The notes under the pieces are model-generated. The model was not told where the DNA came from, did no database searches, and was given only the letters and a program-made list of their open reading frames with translations. DNA of 36,515 bases from an uncultured archaeon (GTDB taxonomy: Archaea > Aenigmatarchaeota > Aenigmatarchaeia > QMZP01 > CAZFVX01). Positions 18,534 through 28,274 of the stretch are shown one piece after another. The position numbers were made by a program, and so were the translations under genes. Numbering within the stretch: the stretch's first letter is position 1; each line of letters begins with the position of its first letter. The stretch spans positions 1 through 36,515 of the forward strand of contig CAZFVX010000001.1 of NCBI GenBank assembly GCA_964522675.1, read 5' to 3'.

Positions 18534-20063
18534 ATGATTAAAGATAAATATATAATTTTATTAATTATTTTATTTTTATTTGCTTTTTCTATCAGAATTT
18601 ATTTTTTTAATTCGGTGACAACAGAACAATGGCAAGACGCTTATTGGATGATGAGAGTATCAGAAAATTTATTTTCAGGAAAAGGTTATACTTTATGGGG
18701 GAAACCACATAATATTTTTCAACCCGGTTACCCCGTAACCTTTGGTTTACTTTCCTTAATTTTAAATAACTCTCATCTTTCTGGAAAAATAGTTTCCTTT
18801 TTATCCTCTTTACTTATTATACCTATAATTTATTTATTATGGAAAGAGTTAGAATCAAAAGAAATAGCGTTGCTTACAACTTTTTTAGTTATAATTCAAC
18901 CGTTGGTTTGGGAGTTTAGTTTAAGAATAATGACTGAATCTCTTTTTTTATTATTAATGGTTTCTTCTTTTTTCTTTTTATTTAAATCAAAAGAAAATAT
19001 AAAATATTTACCATTAGTTTCTATAATTTTAGCATATTCTTGTTTAACAAGATGGGAAGGTTATTTATTAACTTTATCTTGTATAATTACGTTTCTTTAT
19101 TGGAAGAGAAAAATTATATTTGGAAAGGGGTATGCAACATTAAATTGGGAAAAAATAACTCCTTATTTAAAGAATAAATATATTGTTCTTTCATTTCTAT
19201 TATTTATAATTCCTGTGGGAACTTGGTGGTTAAGAAATTTATTTGAAACCGGATCTTTAATTCCTAGTTATTATCAACGAAAAGCGGGAGAGGGAAATCC
19301 ATCTATAGGTCTTTTCTGGTTTTCTGTATTATCCAATGCTTTAACGTTGCCTGTGTTTTTAATCTCAATCTTAGGATTAATAATAAGTTTTAAAAAATGG
19401 GAAAACCATTTACCATTTTATTTATTTTTTATACTTTATTCTGCTTTACACATGTATTTTTTTAGATCTTATGAAAGATTCGCCATAATACCAATGCCTT
19501 TGCTCTTTGGTTGGTTTTCCTTAGCAGTTTTTTATTTTTTAAAAGAAAGGCAAAAATATTTGAAATGTTTAATTTTAATTTTAATTATTTCACTAACATC
19601 TTATTATGGATTTTTAATTGCACCAAACAATATAATTGAACATGGAAAAAGATATGATGTAATTAAAGACTCTATGAATTGGTTTAATGAAAATACATCT
19701 CCCGAAGATAAACTATTAGCTGGAGATAGTGCAGTTTATGGGTTTTATACTAATAGAGAAGTTTTTAGGTATGATGTGCCAAATTATTATTTATCTTTAT
19801 CACTTCAAAAAAATCCTCAATTATCACAAAATCCTTATGTTGTTCATTTAATTTTTATGATTCAGAACAATATAACTTATTTTGTTCCTTATGATTCTTT
19901 AATGCCCCACTTTTATAATCCAACAAAAATATTTGCAGATAATTTTACAACGCACAAAATCTCATTTAAAGATGGCACTTTAATATTAAATCCTGTTAAT
20001 AAATTCGAAGAAAATAATCAAAGTATTTATTTGTACAAGGTTTTATGGAATCCTAAAATTTAA
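18534..20063 (+). CDS. GT-C fold membrane glycosyltransferase (PMT_2/ArnT-like)
   Basis: 509 aa with many hydrophobic helices. The first-loop acidic motif EQWQDAYWMMRVSE resembles GT39/GT83 enzymes. A soluble C-terminal domain of about 130 aa follows. Confidence 0.65.
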   Translation: MIKDKYIILLIILFLFAFSIRIYFFNSVTTEQWQDAYWMMRVSENLFSGKGYTLWGKPHNIFQPGYPVTFGLLSLILNNSHLSGKIVSFLSSLLIIPIIYLLWKELESKEIALLTTFLVIIQPLVWEFSLRIMTESLFLLLMVSSFFFLFKSKENIKYLPLVSIILAYSCLTRWEGYLLTLSCIITFLYWKRKIIFGKGYATLNWEKITPYLKNKYIVLSFLLFIIPVGTWWLRNLFETGSLIPSYYQRKAGEGNPSIGLFWFSVLSNALTLPVFLISILGLIISFKKWENHLPFYLFFILYSALHMYFFRSYERFAIIPMPLLFGWFSLAVFYFLKERQKYLKCLILILIISLTSYYGFLIAPNNIIEHGKRYDVIKDSMNWFNENTSPEDKLLAGDSAVYGFYTNREVFRYDVPNYYLSLSLQKNPQLSQNPYVVHLIFMIQNNITYFVPYDSLMPHFYNPTKIFADNFTTHKISFKDGTLILNPVNKFEENNQSIYLYKVLWNPKI

Positions 20064-20088
20064 AATAAATAAAAACAAGAAAATTCAT

Positions 20089-20934
20089 ATGAAATACCTA
20101 AAACTTTTAAGAATAAACCAATGGTATAAAAATTTGGTTATTTTTTTGGCTTTATTTTTCTCTGAAAATTTATTTAATTTTGAACTTTTTTTAAAAACTT
20201 TAATGGGGTTTTTTTCTCTTTGCTTTATTTGTTCTTCTTATTATATAATAAACGATATAAAGGATTTAGAATTTGATAAAAAACACCCAGAAAAAAAGAA
20301 AAGACCACTACCATCTGGTTTAATTAAAGTTGGTACGGCAAAAATGATTTCTATTATTTTATTTGCTTTCTCTGTAATTTTTGCATATTTTATAAATTCA
20401 TATTTCATCGTTTTTCCCTTGGTTTTATTTTTACTTTCGGTTTTATACACTTTTTATTTTAAAAATATACCGATTTTAGATGTTCATATAATTGCAATAA
20501 ATTTTTTATTAAGGGCCGTTTCTGGAGGATATGTAATAAATGTCACAGTTTCTCCCTGGTTAATAATCTTGGTTTTCTTACTTGGTCTTTTTTTGGCTTT
20601 ATGTAAAAGGAGGTCTAATTTAGAATTTTTAGGTGAAAAGGCAAAAGAGTTTAAGAAAATATTTAATTTTTATAATAAAGAAATTTTAGATATGTTTATT
20701 GTTTGCATTCTTGCTGTTTTTTTAACGGCTTATTCCTTTTATTCTTTCTTGGTTAGAGAAAACTTTCTTTTAAGTTTACCTATAATGACTTTTATTTTGT
20801 TTAGATATACATATTTAATTTCAAAAAATTCAAAAATCGGTAGGGATGTAGAAAATGCTTTAAAGGATATTCAAATTTTGGGAGCATCTTTAATTCTTTT
20901 CTTAACGGTTTTTGTTTTAATTTATGTGGTTTAA
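20089..20934 (+). CDS. UbiA-family prenyl-phosphate transferase, DPPR-synthase-like
   Basis: The N-terminus LRINQWYKNLVIFLALFF and NDIKDLEFDKKHPEKKKRPLPSG parallel the RPxQWVKN and NDxxDxxxD...RP motifs of decaprenyl-phosphate phosphoribosyltransferase. Confidence 0.7.
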   Translation: MKYLKLLRINQWYKNLVIFLALFFSENLFNFELFLKTLMGFFSLCFICSSYYIINDIKDLEFDKKHPEKKKRPLPSGLIKVGTAKMISIILFAFSVIFAYFINSYFIVFPLVLFLLSVLYTFYFKNIPILDVHIIAINFLLRAVSGGYVINVTVSPWLIILVFLLGLFLALCKRRSNLEFLGEKAKEFKKIFNFYNKEILDMFIVCILAVFLTAYSFYSFLVRENFLLSLPIMTFILFRYTYLISKNSKIGRDVENALKDIQILGASLILFLTVFVLIYVV

Positions 20935-21863
20935 TGTTAGATAAAAAATTAATTTTAGTTATAATTTTAAGTTGTGTAATTTATTTTATACTTTTCTTTT
21001 TTGGAAATTTTCAAGAGACTTTATTTAAAATAAATTACTTTTTTGTTTTTCTTGCTTTGGTTTCAACTTTAATTAACTATTTAATTAGAATGTTTAGGTT
21101 CAAATATTATCTTAAGGTTTTAGATATTCCCAAAGAAAAGTCTGGATTAATATTTTTTTCTGGTTTAAGTATGGTAATAACGCCAGGGAAAATTGGCGAA
21201 TTTTTAAAATCATATTTAATTAAAAAAATTAACAAAACACCAATAAGCAAGTCGGCGCCAATAATTGTTGTGGAAAGGTTGGGTGATATAATGGGTTTAA
21301 CAGTTCTTTGCTTTTTGGGTTCTTATATCTTTTTTGAGAACATAGTTTGGTTGATTTTAATTTCTGGATTTTTGGTTTTTTTAATATTTTGTTTAAAAAG
21401 TGAAATTATAATGGGAAAAATCATAAAATTTCTAGAAAGGATACCAAAAATTAAAAAATATTCTAGTTATTTTAACACGGGCCAAAAGGGATTTAATTTG
21501 CTTTTAAATACAAAACCATTAATTTTTACAATAATAATAAGCTCTTTTTCGTGGGTATTTGAAGGAATTGCATTATTTTTTATATTAAAATCATTAAACA
21601 TTGATTTTTCCATCCTGGCTTGCATATTCATATTTTCTTTTTCCTCTTTGTTGGGAGCATTATCTCAATTACCCGGTGGTTTGGGGGCAGCGGAAGGAAG
21701 CTTTTTTATCTTATTCCAACAATTGGGTTTAAGTTTTACGATCTCTTCAAGTTTAACTTTATTAACAAGACTTGTAACTTTATGGTTTGGCGTTTTCATT
21801 GGTTTAATTTCTTTAATTTTATTTAACTTCACACAAGAAAAATTTGAAAAATCCCGTTGCTAA
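20934..21863 (+). CDS. Flippase-like membrane protein (UPF0104 / lysyl-PG synthase TM-region family)
   Basis: 309 aa, polytopic. RMFRFKYYL ... ITPGKIGEFLKSYL is typical of this family. Its start overlaps the ubiA-like stop (TAATG). Confidence 0.55.
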   Translation: MLDKKLILVIILSCVIYFILFFFGNFQETLFKINYFFVFLALVSTLINYLIRMFRFKYYLKVLDIPKEKSGLIFFSGLSMVITPGKIGEFLKSYLIKKINKTPISKSAPIIVVERLGDIMGLTVLCFLGSYIFFENIVWLILISGFLVFLIFCLKSEIIMGKIIKFLERIPKIKKYSSYFNTGQKGFNLLLNTKPLIFTIIISSFSWVFEGIALFFILKSLNIDFSILACIFIFSFSSLLGALSQLPGGLGAAEGSFFILFQQLGLSFTISSSLTLLTRLVTLWFGVFIGLISLILFNFTQEKFEKSRC

Positions 21864-22909
21864 TATTTTTGAAATAGTTTTCCCCATTCGGTTTTCATGA
21901 ACTCATTAACTCTTCTTTTTCCTATAAGCGGGTACCAAAGATAATCGTGGTATAATGCCGAGGAGATTATGCAAAAATTAAAAAACCATGTTTTAAATAA
22001 TAGTGGTTCTAAAAAACTGTTTCTAAAAAATTGATCAAAAAATATTACCGGGCTTTTTTTAACTTTAAAATTAAAGTTTATTTTTGAAATATCTTCACCA
22101 ATTATTTCTATTTGTTTTATATCACCAACACCTAAACCTAAATCATGTGCAATTTTTATTTTTTTTATTTCCAAAGGTTCAAACCCCATCATTTTTGAAG
22201 CAACGGCATCTATAGCTACTGAATCGGAACCCGCTAAAATATAATTTTTTATTTTAGGTATCATTGTTCTTGGTCCCGCCCCATCACCACAAACACATCC
22301 ATCCATAACGGTAAAAATACCTTTATGAATTTCTTTTTGAATGATAAGCAAATCAACTAAAACTTCATGAATATATTTATGGCAATGATGTCTAACTTCC
22401 TTAAGTAAACCACCAAAAGCGTTTTTCATTGCCCCCGTCATAACAGAATGACCGTGGGTTTTCATTGTGGGTAAATGAATTATATTTTTTCCAAAAAATA
22501 ATTTTGGTATTTGTATTTTAGGGAAGATCTTATCTAAAATAAGTAAATTCTTTTTGGGTTTATATTCAACCCACTCCGCTTCATTTAAGGGAATAAACTT
22601 TAAATTATATTTTTTAAAAATTGGTTCCCATTTATTATTTTTTACCCCCTTCCAAGGGTCTGTCACAACGGTTTTGTTTTCCACCGGAATTATTTTATAA
22701 TTATTTTCTTTCAAGGTTTTTACAACACCTTCTAATTGCCAAGGAGAGGTTGAACTTGCCGGAAAATAAAGAGACCATGAAAGATTTATTTTTAAAAGGG
22801 TTTCATATTCTTTTAATAAAACCTTTTCATAATCCGCAAGTTCCATTGCCTTTTTTATATCATTTAAAACCGTTTTTGGATTTGTTTTTAAAACAATTAC
22901 CTTAGACAT
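21860..22909 (-). CDS. DUF362 domain protein
   Basis: Motifs HLPTMKTHGHSVMTGAMKNAFGG, MDGCVCGDGAGP and SDSVAIDAVASKMMG match the DUF362 pattern. A hydrophobic C-terminal tail follows. Confidence 0.7.
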   Translation of the reverse strand: MSKVIVLKTNPKTVLNDIKKAMELADYEKVLLKEYETLLKINLSWSLYFPASSTSPWQLEGVVKTLKENNYKIIPVENKTVVTDPWKGVKNNKWEPIFKKYNLKFIPLNEAEWVEYKPKKNLLILDKIFPKIQIPKLFFGKNIIHLPTMKTHGHSVMTGAMKNAFGGLLKEVRHHCHKYIHEVLVDLLIIQKEIHKGIFTVMDGCVCGDGAGPRTMIPKIKNYILAGSDSVAIDAVASKMMGFEPLEIKKIKIAHDLGLGVGDIKQIEIIGEDISKINFNFKVKKSPVIFFDQFFRNSFLEPLLFKTWFFNFCIISSALYHDYLWYPLIGKRRVNEFMKTEWGKLFQKY

Positions 22910-22958
22910 TAAACCACCATAAAAATATTATTTTAAAATATAAAAGTAAAATTTATGA

Positions 22959-23594
22959 ATGAAACTCTTAATTTTTGACTTGGATGGAACATTAGTAAGA
23001 CTCCCAATAGATTATAATTCTCTTAGGCAAAGTTTAAAGGAATACTTTAAAAAATATGGTTTAAATTTAGAATTTAGGCCCCTATTAAAAAAAATTGATT
23101 ATGCCATTTCTTTCGTGAAAAAGAATTTTCCAGAAGATCAGGAAAAAGTTAAAAAAGATGTTAAGGAGATTTTAGATAAATTTGAATTAGAAGGAGTTAA
23201 AAAAGCAGAAATAATAGAAAATGTAAGAGAAACTTTGAATTCATTAAAGGAAATGAATTTTAAATTAGCAATTTTAACTTCTAATGGGAAAAAGTGTGCA
23301 GAAAAGTCATTAGAAAAATTTAAAATAAAAAATTATTTTAATTTAATTCTTTCTAGAGAGGATTGTAAACCAAAACCAGAACCTTCCGGAATATTAAAAA
23401 TTATGAATAAATTAAATTTTAAAAAAGAAAATACAATTATGGTTGGCGATGGTTTAAATGATATTTTAGCTGCAAAAAACGCCGGTGTTAAATTTATTGG
23501 TGTTTTAACTGGTGTAGGGGATTTAAAAACGTTTAAAGATAATAAAGTAAATTATATAAAAAACTTGGGTGATCTGATAAAACTATTAAAGTGA
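22959..23594 (+). CDS. HAD-superfamily phosphatase
   Basis: Motif I IFDLDGTL, motif II LTSNG, motifs III/IV K...GDGLNDILAAKNAG. 211 aa. Confidence 0.85.
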   Translation: MKLLIFDLDGTLVRLPIDYNSLRQSLKEYFKKYGLNLEFRPLLKKIDYAISFVKKNFPEDQEKVKKDVKEILDKFELEGVKKAEIIENVRETLNSLKEMNFKLAILTSNGKKCAEKSLEKFKIKNYFNLILSREDCKPKPEPSGILKIMNKLNFKKENTIMVGDGLNDILAAKNAGVKFIGVLTGVGDLKTFKDNKVNYIKNLGDLIKLLK

Positions 23595-23598
23595 AAAC

Positions 23599-24561
23599 AT
23601 GGAGATATGGGTTTTTTTAATATTTTTAATTTCTTTTTTGGTTACATATTTTCTTACGCCAATTTTCATAAAAAAACTTAAATCTGTTGGAATTGTTGGA
23701 AGAGATGTTCATAAAGAAGATAAACCAGAAGTTGCTGAAATGGGCGGATTATCTATTTTATTTGGTTTTTCTTTTGGTTCTTTCTTTTCAATTTTATTTT
23801 TAGAAGGAAATTACACATTTCTTTTTGCTTCTTTATTAACAGTTTTATTTTCTGGTTTAATTGGCGTATGCGATGATTTGTTTGGTATAGGCAGAAAAAT
23901 TAAAACTTTTTTGCCCGTTTTTGCATCAATACCTTTAGTTGTTACACAGGCCGGAGTTCACACAATGAATATTCCTTTTATTGGTTTAGTAGATTTAGGT
24001 TTAATTTATCCTTTTATTTTAATTCCAATAGCAATAACTGTTTCTGTTAATGCATTTAATATGTTAGCGGGTTATAATGGTTTAGAATCCGGGTTAGGAT
24101 TTATTTCGTGTTTTTCCCTTGGAGTAATTGGTTTATTTTTAAATAGAATAGAAATTTCTATTTTAATGTTTGCCATGGCCGGTTCTTGTTTAGCTTTCTT
24201 AAAATATAATTATTATCCTGCAAAAATATTTCCAGGGGATGTTGGAACATTTGTGTTAGGTTCTGCCGTTGCTTCTGCGATTATAATTGGAAATATAGAA
24301 ATAATTGGTATTGTTGTTTTAATGCCTTATATAATTAATGGATTTATCACTACATTTGATTTGATAAGAGGAAAACCTATTGAAAAATTTTCAAAAATAA
24401 AAAATGGTGTTTTAGTTCCACCATCGAAAAAATATGTTTACAATCTTTATTATTATATTGAAAGTGTTTTTAAGCCAACAGAAAAAAAATTGGTTTGGAT
24501 TATATGGTCCTTAGAAATTATTTCTTGCGTTTTTGCATTCTCATTACTTTTTTGGGCTTAA
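23599..24561 (+). CDS. aglH: Polyprenyl-phosphate HexNAc-1-phosphate transferase (MraY/WecA/AglH family)
   Basis: Polytopic, 320 aa. VCDDLFGI and NAFNMLAGYNGLESG are the family Asp-Asp and NxxNxxxGxxGL motifs. Confidence 0.8.
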   Translation: MEIWVFLIFLISFLVTYFLTPIFIKKLKSVGIVGRDVHKEDKPEVAEMGGLSILFGFSFGSFFSILFLEGNYTFLFASLLTVLFSGLIGVCDDLFGIGRKIKTFLPVFASIPLVVTQAGVHTMNIPFIGLVDLGLIYPFILIPIAITVSVNAFNMLAGYNGLESGLGFISCFSLGVIGLFLNRIEISILMFAMAGSCLAFLKYNYYPAKIFPGDVGTFVLGSAVASAIIIGNIEIIGIVVLMPYIINGFITTFDLIRGKPIEKFSKIKNGVLVPPSKKYVYNLYYYIESVFKPTEKKLVWIIWSLEIISCVFAFSLLFWA

Positions 24562-24570
24562 ATTTTAATC

Positions 24571-26796
24571 TTAATCTCCATAATTTATTTTGTAAATCTT
24601 TATTAAATGGTTATCAAAGACTTTTTCTACGGGCAAACCATACCCATCCATAAACCACAAAGCAGTAAATATCGTGTGTTCCATTTTTTCGGGAACGTAA
24701 TAAAATGAATAAATATAATAGTTTTTATATGGGATTAAGGATTGTGAAATGCAACCTTTTAATTCTGGTTGTTTATTACCTAATCTAAATATCCCTTGCG
24801 AAGTGCATATCTCATTTATATAATTTTCTCCATAGTATTGTCCACCTTGGGTATATAATAATAAAGCAGGGTCTGAAGGCGTTCCGTTTATCGTTGGAAC
24901 CCAAAGTAAATAAGGGCCACTTGAAAATTCATAAATTGTTCTATTATCCTTTGGATAAGTTTTTCCTGTGGGAACGAATCCCATTGGGGCCAATACTTCT
25001 TTTCCGTAAGAGGCTATTTTAGAAATTGCTCCGTATTTTCCCATTAAAGTTTGATCAACCAATATATAATCCGCAGAGTAGTTTTCTAACCATGGTTCCC
25101 ATTCTGACCAGTTTGAAGCGGGAGAAGTAAACCATTCCGCTATCTCATGATCTCTTATTCCATAAGGATTTCCTCCCAAATTACCGCCATCAGCTAAAGA
25201 TGTTCTATTTGCAACCGTTTGAAACCAATACCCATAATCCCACCAAGACAAGATTATTGAATCTTCTGTTGTATTTGTTTTTAGAAATTCCATTGCTTCT
25301 TTCCATGAAGGCGTTAAAGAAGGACCTATGGAATTTGCATATACATAACCAGCAGATAAATTAGATATTAAGACCAATCCTATAAATAAAACTAAAGGAA
25401 TAGTTATAAGATTTATTGCTTTTTCTTTAAGTGTTTGCAAGTTAGCTAAAATTTTTGAGTTTAAGGCATAATCAATAATAAATGAGAAAAAATATCCTCC
25501 ACAAATGGCTGCGGGGGGTCCCAATAAAAATAATAACCTAATTCTTCCAAACACACCCGCTATACCAGAAATTGCCCAAAGTAAAGGGAATATTAATAAC
25601 AAACTTTTTTCTTCTAATCTAGTATATAAGAGTTTATAAGATAATAAAAACATTCCCACGAACATAAATATCCACAAACTAAAAGCCGGTAATATGGATT
25701 TTATTTGGGGCATAATAGCAGAAGCAAATCCCGTGCTTAACATCCCCGTAATATCTCCAAAATCACCTGGCATGTTTTCTGCAACGGTTGAACCAACTAT
25801 CCCTTTGCTTTTTTCAAGCAAAATTATATTTATAAGGCTTTGAAGAACTCTCCAAGAAAACTCAGAAAACATGGAAGTGAAAATTAAACCCAAAAATCCT
25901 AAAAATATCATTCCCGGTGTGAAATAAGGTAATTGTTCCTCTTTTAAAAGATTAAATCTCTCTACAAAAACTCTTGAAACCAAAACGGTAGTAATTCCCA
26001 AACATCCCAATGCGCCGGGACTTGTGTATGAAAAATAATAAGCTGAAAAGAAAATTTTCCATATGGCTGGTATACCAACACCCAAAAGAATTGAAGGGAT
26101 ATATGCTTTGAAGATTTTGTATGGTTTATTTAAAATAAGCATTATCAAACCAAACGCCGCATAAAGTAAATATAAATATTGTACACCACCCCATGAAAAT
26201 CCCATACCGGCTAAGCATAAACCAGAAATTATTCCCGAAACCCAAGAATCTCTTTTCATCGCTCTTATAAAGAAATAAATCGATAAGAACATGAAAAATC
26301 CCGCTACGGGTTCTTTTTCAAAAAAACCAGCAGAAGTTCTTGCAATAAAAGTGGGTGTTGTTGCCAAGAAAAATGCCGCAAACAATCCCGCCTTCTCATC
26401 AAACAATTCCTTTCCTATAAAGAAAATGATAAATGTACATAAGGCGCCCATAATGGCGGGATAAATTAATGCGAAATTAAAATAACTCATACTCATTCCC
26501 AAAAATGATAAAAACAAATAAAGAATTGCGGGAAAGTAAAAAGGCATTATAGGATCATATTTTATTGGCTGTACTCCATAAGGATAATATCTTAAAGTGT
26601 CTAATTCTGGCAATTGAAAATTATGAGTTAAAACATAACTGCTAATTCTATATATATAAAACGGGTCTAAAGCCTGTAATTCATTAAACCTTGCTGGGAA
26701 AGATCTTAACCAAAAAGCCGTTAAAACTATAGGAATTAAAATAAATAAATACCAATATTTCTTTGAATTCTCTGTTATAATCTTTTTAAGATTCAT
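24571..26796 (-). CDS. aglB: Archaeal oligosaccharyltransferase AglB (STT3 family)
   Basis: 741 aa with an N-terminal polytopic domain and the WWDYGYW motif, followed by a soluble C-terminal domain. Confidence 0.9.
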   Translation of the reverse strand: MNLKKIITENSKKYWYLFILIPIVLTAFWLRSFPARFNELQALDPFYIYRISSYVLTHNFQLPELDTLRYYPYGVQPIKYDPIMPFYFPAILYLFLSFLGMSMSYFNFALIYPAIMGALCTFIIFFIGKELFDEKAGLFAAFFLATTPTFIARTSAGFFEKEPVAGFFMFLSIYFFIRAMKRDSWVSGIISGLCLAGMGFSWGGVQYLYLLYAAFGLIMLILNKPYKIFKAYIPSILLGVGIPAIWKIFFSAYYFSYTSPGALGCLGITTVLVSRVFVERFNLLKEEQLPYFTPGMIFLGFLGLIFTSMFSEFSWRVLQSLINIILLEKSKGIVGSTVAENMPGDFGDITGMLSTGFASAIMPQIKSILPAFSLWIFMFVGMFLLSYKLLYTRLEEKSLLLIFPLLWAISGIAGVFGRIRLLFLLGPPAAICGGYFFSFIIDYALNSKILANLQTLKEKAINLITIPLVLFIGLVLISNLSAGYVYANSIGPSLTPSWKEAMEFLKTNTTEDSIILSWWDYGYWFQTVANRTSLADGGNLGGNPYGIRDHEIAEWFTSPASNWSEWEPWLENYSADYILVDQTLMGKYGAISKIASYGKEVLAPMGFVPTGKTYPKDNRTIYEFSSGPYLLWVPTINGTPSDPALLLYTQGGQYYGENYINEICTSQGIFRLGNKQPELKGCISQSLIPYKNYYIYSFYYVPEKMEHTIFTALWFMDGYGLPVEKVFDNHLIKIYKINYGD

Positions 26797-26905
26797 CTTT
26801 ATCCTTTTTGTTATAAATTTAAATACTTTTCTTGTCTTTTATTATTTTGTTAATTAACGATAATTTAAAAGTTAATTTTTAAATCCTTTTTGTATTTGTA
26901 TTTTT

Positions 26906-28111
26906 ATGAACGAGATATTTGAAAAGGTTTTAAAGGGAGAAATCAAGTTTTATCAATTAGATAAACTTGTTGGAAAAAAAGAAGCTACAGAATTAAGAAG
27001 GAAGTTTTTGGAAGAAAAACTTGGTATAAATTTGGAAAATATTGGAAGTTATAAAGTAAATCCCGAAGACGCCATTGGAAAAAATATTGAAAATATGATT
27101 GGTTCCGCTCAATTGCCATTGGGCGTTGCGGGGCCATTAAAAATTAACGGAGAATATGCAAAAGGTGAATTTTATATCCCATTAGCAACCACAGAAGGTG
27201 CATTAGTTGCTTCTACAAATAGAGGTTCCTCCGCAATAAATTTGTCTGGTGGGTGTAATGTTAGGATTTTAAAAGATGGCATGGCAAGATCACCTTTGTT
27301 TAGAACAAATTCTTTAGAAGAATCAATTAAATTTGCCAAATGGGTAAAAGAAAATTTTAATAAAATAAAAGAAGAATTTGAGAAAGAATCTGTTTATTTA
27401 AATTTAAAAGAAATAAGACCCTGGATCATGGGAAGAAATGTTTTCTTAAGAGTTGTAGCAGAAACGGGAGATGCCATGGGTATGAATATGGTTACAATAG
27501 GTTGTGATAACATAGCGAAATGGATCGAAAAAAATTATGATGTAAAGTGTATATCTTTATCCGGAAATCTTTGTGTTGATAAAAAGCCTTCTTCAATGAA
27601 CGTTATTGAGGGTAGAGGAAAATCGGTTATAGCAGAAGTAATTTTAAATGAAAAGGCCATAAAAGAAAAACTAAAAACAAAATCAGAGGATTTAATAGAG
27701 GTTAACTATAGGAAAAACTTTTTGGGTTCTGCTTTAGCGGGTTCTTTGGGATTTAATGCACACTATGCAAATATAATTGCTGCTATGTTTATTGCTTGTG
27801 GTCAAGATGCTGCCCAAGTTGTTGAATCTTCTTTGGGAATAACTTCTGTAGAAAAACATGAAAAAGGTATTTATGTTTCTGTTTTTCTTCCTTCTTTAGA
27901 AGTTGGTACGGTGGGTGGTGGAACCCTAAGAGAAACACAAAAAGAAGCATTACAAATTTTAGGTTGTTTTGGTGGTGGTAATCCTCCAGGAACAAATGCC
28001 AAAAAATTTGCAGAGATAATTGCTGCCGCCGTCTTGGCGGGGGAAATTTCTTTATTATCCGCCCATGTCGCAGGACATTTAGCGGAAGCACATGCCAGAT
28101 TAGGAAGATAA
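26906..28111 (+). CDS. hmgA: HMG-CoA reductase, class I archaeal
   Basis: Motifs TTEGALVAS, GDAMGMNMV and GTVGGGT. 401 aa. Confidence 0.95.
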   Translation: MNEIFEKVLKGEIKFYQLDKLVGKKEATELRRKFLEEKLGINLENIGSYKVNPEDAIGKNIENMIGSAQLPLGVAGPLKINGEYAKGEFYIPLATTEGALVASTNRGSSAINLSGGCNVRILKDGMARSPLFRTNSLEESIKFAKWVKENFNKIKEEFEKESVYLNLKEIRPWIMGRNVFLRVVAETGDAMGMNMVTIGCDNIAKWIEKNYDVKCISLSGNLCVDKKPSSMNVIEGRGKSVIAEVILNEKAIKEKLKTKSEDLIEVNYRKNFLGSALAGSLGFNAHYANIIAAMFIACGQDAAQVVESSLGITSVEKHEKGIYVSVFLPSLEVGTVGGGTLRETQKEALQILGCFGGGNPPGTNAKKFAEIIAAAVLAGEISLLSAHVAGHLAEAHARLGR

Positions 28112-28142
28112 TTTTAGTATTGCTTCATTTTATAGTTTTTTA

Positions 28143-28156
28143 GTACAAACTTGTAC
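28143..28156. promoter_or_regulatory. Inverted repeat GTACAA-AC-TTGTAC, candidate operator
   Basis: Perfect 6-bp arms with a 2-nt spacer. It is part of three TACAAA copies at 28144, 28154 and 28165 (10-11 nt phasing), upstream of the TrmB-like gene. Confidence 0.3.
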
Positions 28157-28244
28157 AAAAATTTACAAATATTGAATATAATCTTACGCTTTGCTCGTGG
28201 AATAATGGCCCTCTTTGTATCTATAGCGTTCATATGTATGAAAA

Positions 28245-28254
28245 TTTTATATAT
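28245..28254 (+). promoter_or_regulatory. TATA-box candidate, apparently leaderless TrmB-like gene
   Basis: TTTTATATAT is centred about 25 nt upstream of the ATG at 28275, with no Shine-Dalgarno-like sequence in between. Confidence 0.35.
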
Positions 28255-28274
28255 TCTGTGTTCATATCATAATT

